Positions 54,628-60,837 of a DNA stretch of 64,000 bases are shown piece after piece. Made by a program: the position numbers and the translations under genes. The stretch spans positions 4,703 to 68,702 of the forward strand of contig JAUWNI010000004.1 of assembly GCA_030612705.1 (NCBI GenBank). Reading direction: 5' to 3'. Position 1 is the stretch's first letter, and each line of letters starts with the position of its first letter. Below the pieces are notes generated by a model. The model worked only from the letters and a program-made list of their open reading frames with translations, did no database searches and was not told the origin of the DNA. The stretch comes from Phycisphaerae bacterium (GTDB lineage Bacteria > Planctomycetota > Phycisphaerae > UBA1845 > Fen-1342).

Positions 54628-55232
54628 AACAGTAGAGAATCATCGAATTGTTGCAGTTTCTCACGCAAAACGTCCATCGCCTTGCTCAGCCGCGCCTTCG
54701 TCCCCGCCACCGAAAGCCCGATCGCCTCCGCGATCTCGTCGCGCGGCAATTCCTGAAAATACCGCATCACCACCACGCTGCGCAAATCCTCGTCCAGCTC
54801 CTGCAACACCGCCAGGATCCGCACTGCCCGATCACGCTTCAGGGCCTTCCCCGCCGGCGTTGTCAGCGGATCAATCGCGTGATCGAAACTCGCCTGTACC
54901 CCCCGCGCCGCTCGCGCCGCCGGACCCGCCGCGTCGTGCTGCTTCCGCTGCGTATCGATGCAACGCCGTCGCGCCACCTGATACAGCCACCCCCGAATAC
55001 TGTGCGTCGGCAACGATTCCACATCCAGCCGACAACAGGTCTCCAGCACGTCCTGGACGATATCCTCCCCCTGTGCCGGATCGCCCAGCATCCGTCGGCA
55101 AAATAGCCGCAATTCATCCCCATATCGCCGCTCGATCGCCGCGATAGCCCGGTTGTCACCAGCTCGCAGCCGCTCCATCAGCAGCCGATCGTCCTGGCTC
55201 AGCGCAGTCGTGCTCAACTCGTCACTGGCCAT
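54624..55232 (-). CDS. ECF-family RNA polymerase sigma factor
   Basis: Region 2 reads ERLRAGDNRAIAAIERRYGDELRLFCRRMLGDPAQGEDIVQDV. Region 4 reads LQELDEDLRSVVVMRYFQELPRDEIAEAIGLSVAGTKARLSKA. The stop overlaps the kinase start (ATGA). GAGGAGG lies upstream of the ATG at 55232. Confidence 0.88.
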   Translation of the reverse strand: MASDELSTTALSQDDRLLMERLRAGDNRAIAAIERRYGDELRLFCRRMLGDPAQGEDIVQDVLETCCRLDVESLPTHSIRGWLYQVARRRCIDTQRKQHDAAGPAARAARGVQASFDHAIDPLTTPAGKALKRDRAVRILAVLQELDEDLRSVVVMRYFQELPRDEIAEAIGLSVAGTKARLSKAMDVLREKLQQFDDSLLL

Positions 55233-55478
55233 CTGCGGAACCCCGCCTCCTCGGTTTACCACCCGGCGCGGCAGGCCTCTTGGGTTTTCTCGGATATTTG
55301 TAACAACCGCTACCAAGAGCGGTTAAGAAACGTGCTCTTAATATCATAGCCTAACCGGTCAACCATCCGCGAACAACCGTTTCTGTCGGCAAGACGATCC
55401 CATTCCGCACCCAATTCCATTTTTTCCGCCACCGCGGTAGCCGTCCCGCCGACCCGCACGTCTTCCATTATGGAGAGA

Positions 55479-55952
55479 TCACAGCGCGGCCTTTGGCCGC
55501 AACCAAAGGGGCCAAGGGGTCGAGGGTCCAAGGGTCCAAAGGATCGGGTGGCCCATGGCTTTAGCCGTGGGGGACACGAATCGACCGTCTATTCGTATTC
55601 CCCGCCGATGATGCGATGGGTCACCCACGTAGCGAGAAATCTTCGCGAGCAGCGAAGAAATCGGTCGTTTGCAGTACAAAGAGGTAAACCCCTGGTCCGG
55701 ACCCGACTCTCCCATAATGACTCGCTCGCCCAAGATCGGCAGGTCAGGGACATGGTTAATATAACCATCTCCCGCCTGTCGGTCCTTTTTCAACCCGGCT
55801 CACGATGGGGGAGCCCGGCGTCCGAAGTGTGCGAGAGGGGTTGAACCGCCCAGGCACGGCACGGCGATTGGGGATTGACGATTGGGGATTAGTGCTGGGC
55901 TACGCCGTTGAGAGCACCCACCTTGAACTTTGCACTTTGAACTCTGGACGGG
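55479..55952 (-). repeat. Interrupted copy of the 26.1-kb composite repeat carrying a 357-bp insertion
   Basis: 55870-55952 is the reverse complement of 26093-26175. 55479-55512 is the reverse complement of 26178-26211. The 357 bp between them (55513-55869) has no counterpart at 26.1 kb and contains the 77-nt cloverleaf-like repeat. Confidence 0.8.
55548..55624 (+). repeat. 77-nt cloverleaf-like repeat, copy 2
   Basis: GTGGCCCA...TGGGTCAC forms the closing stem, with one G-U pair. The GGC-ttta-GCC arm and the 12-bp GGGGACACGAAT/ATTCGTATTCCCC arm are retained. The third arm is degenerate. Confidence 0.75.
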
Positions 55953-56144
55953 CTACTGCTCGGATGCTCGAATAATGGCGTCAATTCCCATCTTGTCCGC
56001 GTTTCGCCCCGACACTTCACACGACATGCCCGCTTGGGCTGCTACGGCATGAAGATAGGCGTAACTCAATTCAGATTCCGTTTCAATTGGTGGTAGCAAT
56101 GACATCGAGCAACCTCCTAGTCCCAGCCATGTAGGTCGAGTCAT
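55953..56144 (-). pseudogene. DUF4365-domain (restriction-endonuclease-like) protein, N-terminal 63-aa fragment
   Basis: ETESELSYAYLHAVAAQAGMSCEVSGRNADKMGIDAII matches the N-terminal DUF4365 pattern as I recall it. The ORF stops exactly where the composite repeat begins (55952/55953). Confidence 0.5.
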
Positions 56145-56200
56145 CGACCCGACACATGAATTCCGGATTCGTCGGGTCTATGACATTACCTACGCCTAGC

Positions 56201-57169
56201 CTACATCCCCAGCACCTTGGCCGTCTGGGCGAAGACGGCGTCGGGGCGCTCGACCACCGTGATGCCGACTTCTTCCATCACCTTGCGCTTGTACGTGTAG
56301 GTCTCCTCCTCATTGCGGATCATGGCGCCGGCGTGGCTCTGAGCTACTCCCGCCTTGGTGAACATCCCGCCCAGGAAGACGATGATCGGCTTGGTGATCT
56401 GCCCGGACTTGACGGCCGCGGCCAGATCGTTCTCCTGAGTCGTGCCGGTCTCGCCGTAGGCCACGATCACCTTGGTGCGTTCGTCCTTCTGAAAGGCCAG
56501 CGCCGCGTCGATCATGGTGACGCCGGGCATCGGATCGCCGCCGGTGCACAACACCGCGCTCACGCCGGGGTACTGCTCGCCCCACAGCGGTCCGAAGCTG
56601 CCATCCTCCTGAGGGCCGGGCAGGTTGGGCCGGCAGTGGAAGGCGCCCAGCAACTGGGACAGCCCGCCCGAGCGGGAGATCACGCCCACGCAACCGGGTA
56701 AGTAGTTCTTCCTGGCCCAGGTCGCGCTGCCGCCGATCATGCCGAACAGGTAGCCGGACGTATCGAGCATGCCGACCGTGTTGGGCCCCAGATAAGTACA
56801 ACCCTTGGCCTTGGCGTACTCCTTGAGCACGGCTTCATCGTGAGTCGCCACACCGTCGGCCGTGAGCACGGCAAACTTGAGACCGGCGTCCATGGCTTCC
56901 ATCGCGGCGCGTTTGACGGCCGCGGCCGGCACGTACATCACGGCGCAGTTCAGCTCGGGATTTGCCGCGACGGCCTCCTTGGCGCTGTTGTATATCGGTT
57001 TGTCGAGCACCTCCTGCCCGCCCTTGCCGGGTGTGCAGCCGGCGAGCACGTTGGTGCCCATCTTCATCATCAGCTTGCTGCTGGTCTGACCCTGCTTACC
57101 GGTCATGCCGACGACCAGCGCCTTGGGCTCCTCGATTCCGACCAGGTGTTTCAGGATACCGTTTTTCAT
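56201..57169 (-). CDS. Succinyl-CoA-synthetase-alpha-like CoA-binding subunit (citryl-CoA synthetase small subunit-like)
   Basis: VVGMTGKQG, GTNVLAGCTPGKGG, YVPAAAV and GVISRSGGL are family motifs. The phosphohistidine loop is GVAQSHAGAMI. The start overlaps the upstream gene's stop (TAATG). Confidence 0.8.
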   Translation of the reverse strand: MKNGILKHLVGIEEPKALVVGMTGKQGQTSSKLMMKMGTNVLAGCTPGKGGQEVLDKPIYNSAKEAVAANPELNCAVMYVPAAAVKRAAMEAMDAGLKFAVLTADGVATHDEAVLKEYAKAKGCTYLGPNTVGMLDTSGYLFGMIGGSATWARKNYLPGCVGVISRSGGLSQLLGAFHCRPNLPGPQEDGSFGPLWGEQYPGVSAVLCTGGDPMPGVTMIDAALAFQKDERTKVIVAYGETGTTQENDLAAAVKSGQITKPIIVFLGGMFTKAGVAQSHAGAMIRNEEETYTYKRKVMEEVGITVVERPDAVFAQTAKVLGM

Positions 57170-58656
57170 TAGTCCACCTCCGGCAGGTCGAGTCTGATGC
57201 GGAGCTCACCGTTGCCCTCGAGCAGCGAAACCACCTCGCACATCAGGCAACCGATGCAGCGCGCCCCCTCCACGGGTTCGACGGTGCGCTGCTCGGCGTT
57301 CCAGAAAAGGAAGTTGTTGGGACAGGCGCCCACACAGGGTGGAGCCTCGTCCTTGTCCCACTTGTCCGCGAAGAAGAAGAAGTCCCCCGGCGGCACGTCG
57401 ACGCGGAAGCTGGGCTCGCCCGTGGGTTGCGGCTCGGGCGTCACCTTGATGCGCTGTTTGGTGGCCATCGCCGCGACGTCGTCCACCATGGCGTTGGGAA
57501 ACACATGCGGCATGTAGGTCTTGACCGGCACCGGCAAACTCGGGGCGACCTTCTCGATCAGCTCGCGGCCCTTGTCCTCGTCGGTCCCGCCGAAGCGCAG
57601 CAGCGCCGGCAGCGGCGTGGGGCTTTCCCGAATAGCCTTCCATACGGCGGCCGCCACGTAGTGCTGATTCTGGAAGCCCATGCCGGACCCCGTGAGCAGC
57701 AGCACCTGCGAGTCCTCCATCTCCAGAATGGCCCGCAGCACCCGGTAGCTCTTGAAAGCCGACAGGCCGCCGGAGGTGTCGGACTCGTTCATGGTGTAGA
57801 TGTCTTTTCGCGCCCCGGTGGTCATCTCCCAGAGCATCTTGCCGCCGCCGCCGCACAGATTGGTGGCCACGCGCCAGGCGCCTTCGGGTGCCGGCTCGCG
57901 GTTCTCGCGGATGAAACCGGTCCCGGCCGGATCAGCCTCGTTGACCTTGTCCACCAGACGCTCCAGGTGGGTCTTGTCCTCCTTGGTGACCGGCGCGGCG
58001 GCGAAGAGTTCGGTATCCTTCTTGCCGACCGCTTGTTTCTCGAACTCGGCGCGGCAATCCACCACCAGTAGTGAGCCGTCTTCCAATACGCCGATGGGGT
58101 TGGCCTCGAGTACGATCAGCTTGTAGCGGGCGTAGGTCTTGATGAAGCCCTCCAGGAACTTGCCGATCGCCTGGGCGCCCGCCACCTTGCCCAGCTTCGC
58201 GATGAGGTCGTCCGCGCTGGGCAGGTTGAGCAGCGAGAAGGGGATCTTGTGCAGGCTGGCGGCGCGCTCCTCGACGCCCGAGCCACCCTCGGTCGAGAAG
58301 AGCAGCACGCCGTGCGGCAGCTCGTCCGCGTTGCCGAAGTCCAACATGCAGGCTGCGTAGTACTCGCCTTTCATGTTGACGGAGTTCGCTACCAGCACGC
58401 CTTCGGCCTGGCCCCAGGAACCGGGGGCCAGAAGCTGCTTCAGGCCGCTCTCCAACTGTTCCTTGCTGTCGCAGCGGCGCACCAGGCCCTGGGCCGCGCG
58501 GCTGGTGGCGCCGGGGATCTGGGCCTTGAGGTAGACCGGCGGCTCGGGGAGCGGGTCCGGAAGCTCCGCCCCGGCCGCCACGAACACCCCCTCCACCAGC
58601 GGTACCTTCTCGTTGTCGAGGAGCACCCGCGTCTTGTATTCGGGTAGGGCTGACAT
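57169..58656 (-). CDS. ATP-grasp succinyl-CoA-synthetase-beta-like subunit (citryl-CoA synthetase large subunit-like) with a ~100-aa C-terminal Cys-rich extension
   Basis: The ATP-grasp start is PEYKTRVLLDNEKVPLVEG. LEANPIG and the ligase-CoA-like NLCGGGGKML...LLTGSGMGFQ follow. The C-terminal end reads PPCVGACPNN...ARCIGCLMCEV. Confidence 0.7.
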   Translation of the reverse strand: MSALPEYKTRVLLDNEKVPLVEGVFVAAGAELPDPLPEPPVYLKAQIPGATSRAAQGLVRRCDSKEQLESGLKQLLAPGSWGQAEGVLVANSVNMKGEYYAACMLDFGNADELPHGVLLFSTEGGSGVEERAASLHKIPFSLLNLPSADDLIAKLGKVAGAQAIGKFLEGFIKTYARYKLIVLEANPIGVLEDGSLLVVDCRAEFEKQAVGKKDTELFAAAPVTKEDKTHLERLVDKVNEADPAGTGFIRENREPAPEGAWRVATNLCGGGGKMLWEMTTGARKDIYTMNESDTSGGLSAFKSYRVLRAILEMEDSQVLLLTGSGMGFQNQHYVAAAVWKAIRESPTPLPALLRFGGTDEDKGRELIEKVAPSLPVPVKTYMPHVFPNAMVDDVAAMATKQRIKVTPEPQPTGEPSFRVDVPPGDFFFFADKWDKDEAPPCVGACPNNFLFWNAEQRTVEPVEGARCIGCLMCEVVSLLEGNGELRIRLDLPEVD

Positions 58657-58690
58657 GGTCTCTCCTTTGTTGCGGTTAAAGCTCTCAGCT

Positions 58691-58756
58691 TTCAGCGGTC
58701 AGCTTTCAGCAAACAGCAATCGCCGTTCGGCTGATCGCTGACTGCTGACCGCTGAA
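58691..58756. repeat. Long imperfect palindrome between the lyase and synthetase genes
   Basis: TTCAGCGGTCAGC (58691-58703) pairs with GCTGACCGCTGAA (58744-58756), giving 13-bp perfect arms. The interior is also cagc/gctg rich. A related atcagcggtcagc motif recurs at about 60688. Confidence 0.8.
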
Positions 58757-58759
58757 TGC

Positions 58760-59863
58760 TTACTTCGGATAGTCCCGATCGGCTTTGCCTTCGTAGACGA
58801 CGTCGCCGAAATTGATCCGCCGCATCGGACGCTGGGTGGCGATCTCCTCGAAATAGTGCGCCGAGAGACCGGCCACGCGGCCGAAGACGAACAGCGCCTT
58901 CGCCAGATCGACGTCCATGCCCATGTCGGCCACGATCGCGCCGATCACGCCGTCCACGTTGATCGGCAGGCTTTTGCCGCTGGCTTTCTGGAAGATGTCG
59001 GAGATGCACTCCGAAACCTCGACGCACTTGCCGGCGAGGCCGTATTCCTTGACGCGCTGCCAGAGCACGTCGCGCCGCGGATCCTGGCTATGGACGCGGT
59101 GCCCCATGCCCTGGATGCGTTTTTTGGTCTCGCGGTACTCGAGGACCAGTGCCTCGGTCGCCTTCTCGATGGACAGGTTCTCCTGCTTGGCCTTTGCAGC
59201 TATCTTCTGAAAGACCAAGGCGGCCATGCGGCCCGCGCCGCCGTGCACGTCGGTGATCGCACCCACGCCGCTGCACAGCGACATGGCGTAATCGGCCCGC
59301 ACCGACGCGGCAATCATGCCGGCCTGAGCCGAGGGCGGGGTCACGCCGTGGTCCACGCTGGCGACGACCATCGTCTCGATCATCAGGCCCTTCTTGGGAT
59401 CGACCGTTTCCTCGCCGGTCACCGCCCGGTAGATCAGGTTGCCGAAGGGCTCGTCGGCCGCGGCTTTGTCCAGGGCGGGCTCGTTACCCAGCAGGTAGGC
59501 CAGGTAGCGGGCGAAGCGGCCGAGCGCGAAGATGGTCTTGTTGACCGGACCGTCGTCGCCGGTCTGCGGTACGGCGAACAGCTCGCCGTCCATCAGCAGG
59601 CACGCGCCGAGCGCCGCCGAGATGTCCTCGCCCTCGAAGCGTTCCACCTTGGGCGCCGGCTTCATCGCGGCCTGGTAGGCGGCCTTGGTGTGCGCCGCGA
59701 GCTCCGCCTGGGTGGGAAGCTCTGTCTTGATCAGCAGGTGCGCCGTTTCCAGTACGTTGGAGTGTTCGATCAACTGGGCCAATGGATATCCGGCGATGAC
59801 CAGGTTGTTCGGCTCGACCTTGGTCGTGACCGTGGCCCATCCGGGTTTTGCTTCTGTGCTCAC
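58760..59863 (-). CDS. Citryl-CoA lyase / citrate-synthase-family protein
   Basis: VASVDHGVTPPSAQAGMIAASVRAD, GAITDVHGGAG, GMGHRVHSQDPRRDVL and VFGRVAGLSAHYFEE match the citrate synthase / ATP-citrate-lyase C-terminal domain pattern. Confidence 0.8.
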   Translation of the reverse strand: MSTEAKPGWATVTTKVEPNNLVIAGYPLAQLIEHSNVLETAHLLIKTELPTQAELAAHTKAAYQAAMKPAPKVERFEGEDISAALGACLLMDGELFAVPQTGDDGPVNKTIFALGRFARYLAYLLGNEPALDKAAADEPFGNLIYRAVTGEETVDPKKGLMIETMVVASVDHGVTPPSAQAGMIAASVRADYAMSLCSGVGAITDVHGGAGRMAALVFQKIAAKAKQENLSIEKATEALVLEYRETKKRIQGMGHRVHSQDPRRDVLWQRVKEYGLAGKCVEVSECISDIFQKASGKSLPINVDGVIGAIVADMGMDVDLAKALFVFGRVAGLSAHYFEEIATQRPMRRINFGDVVYEGKADRDYPK

Positions 59864-59902
59864 GACTGCTTCTCCTTTCGGGTAGCGTCGGCTCCCTGTC
59901 GG

Positions 59903-60118
59903 GTAGCGTCGGCCCCCCGCGGCCGACGTAGATTGTCGATAGCCGTTCGCAAGTGTGGTGTCTCAACAATAATGCTTCGTATCCAGATGAAGAGCCGCGG
60001 GCCTGAAGCCCGCCCGGTGCAACGCATTCAAGCGTGCTCGCCGTTATGCGTGGCTTTCATACGATTTGTTATTGAGACAGTACACTAGCCTACGTCGGCC
60101 GCGGGGGGCCGACGCTAC
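59903..60118. repeat. Pair of inverted 29-nt REP-like palindromes bracketing about 160 bp (BIME/MITE-like unit)
   Basis: GTAGCGTCGGCCCCCCGCGGCCGACGTAG lies at 59903-59931 and its inverse CTACGTCGGCCGCGGGGGGCCGACGCTAC at 60090-60118. A partial copy lies at 59882-59902. The interior holds a GCGGGC-ctgaa-GCCCGC hairpin. Confidence 0.85.
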
Positions 60119-60161
60119 TAACTGCAAGACAAACCGTGACAGAGCACTAGAGCCACGCGGC

Positions 60162-60644
60162 TCAGCGTTTTTTCAATGCCGCCCTGGTATACGGCAGGAG
60201 TCCTCCGGCCTCGCGAATAGCCAGGATTTCCGGCGGCAACTTTGGGAAATTGAGAACCTTCCCGCCAACCTTGATCTGTCCCGCCTGGGGATCCAGGCTA
60301 ACCTCGTCGCCGTCCTTGTACGCGTCGACCGCCTCCGCGCATTCGACCAGCAGCAACCCCTGGTTGATCGCGGCCCGGTAGAATATCCTGGCGAAACCCT
60401 TGGCGACGATCGCCTGCACGCCGACCGCTTTCAGACCAAGTGCCGGCTGCTCGCGTGATGAGCCGCACCCGAAATTCTTGCCCGCGAAGAGAATATCTCC
60501 CTCGGCAACCTTCCCCGCGAATTCGGAATCCAAGTCTTCGAGCAGATGCGGCTTGATCTCCTCGGCGGTGCTGCAAGTGTACGTATACTTGCCGGGGAAG
60601 AGCATGTCGGTGTTGATGTCGTCGCCGTATTTCCAGACTTTCAT
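60162..60644 (-). CDS. Aconitase-family dehydratase small subunit (LeuD/HacB-like, 160 aa)
   Basis: MKVWKYGDDINTDMLFPGKY and GKNFGCGSSREQPALGLKAVGVQAIVAKGFARIFYRAAINQGL are family motifs. The start is chosen at the ATG at 60644; the tracked TTG is at 60665. Confidence 0.85.
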   Translation of the reverse strand: MKVWKYGDDINTDMLFPGKYTYTCSTAEEIKPHLLEDLDSEFAGKVAEGDILFAGKNFGCGSSREQPALGLKAVGVQAIVAKGFARIFYRAAINQGLLLVECAEAVDAYKDGDEVSLDPQAGQIKVGGKVLNFPKLPPEILAIREAGGLLPYTRAALKKR

Positions 60645-60716
60645 GGGAAGAACTCCAGTCTTCAAGTGCTCTGCACTTAGCTATCAGCCATCAGCGGTCA
60701 GCTTACGGCCGGATGG

Positions 60717-60793
60717 GTGGCCCATGGCTTTAGCCGTAGGGGACACGAATCGAAGCTCTATTCGTGTTCCCCACCTCTAAAGAGGTGGGCCAC
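60717..60793 (+). repeat. 77-nt cloverleaf-like repeat, best-folded copy
   Basis: An 8-bp closing stem pairs GTGGCCCA (60717-24) with TGGGCCAC (60786-93). The three arms are GGC-ttta-GCC, the 12-bp GGGGACACGAAT-cgaagctct-ATTCGTGTTCCCC (one bulge) and CCTC-taaa-GAGG. It is flanked by the direct repeat cagcttacggccgg at 60698-60712 and 60809-60823. Confidence 0.8.
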
Positions 60794-60837
60794 CCTTCGT
60801 ATTACCCATCAGCTTACGGCCGGCGAGGCGCCGGCCG

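Noticed and set aside
55479-55793. A 104-aa minus-strand ORF (TTG start) within the 357-bp insertion.
   Set aside because: It reads straight through the cloverleaf repeat and the simple ttggaccc repeats, and it has no SD. It is most likely a repeat-derived open frame. The same applies to the WPMALAVGDTNRS-type peptides in ORFs 6241..6750 and 60400..60780.
56156-60088. Plus-strand ORFs 56156..56701, 56962..58071, 58249..58647 and 58856..60088.
   Set aside because: They are antisense shadows of the synthetase and lyase genes. Their translations are low-complexity Arg/Gly/Ala/His-rich sequence.
60717-60793. Whether the 77-nt cloverleaf is a tRNA gene.
   Set aside because: The arm corresponding to the anticodon stem is 12 bp with a 9-nt loop. 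The side arms have 4-nt loops. There is no GTTCRANYC T-loop and no D-loop signature. The sequence is repeated, with a truncated copy elsewhere.
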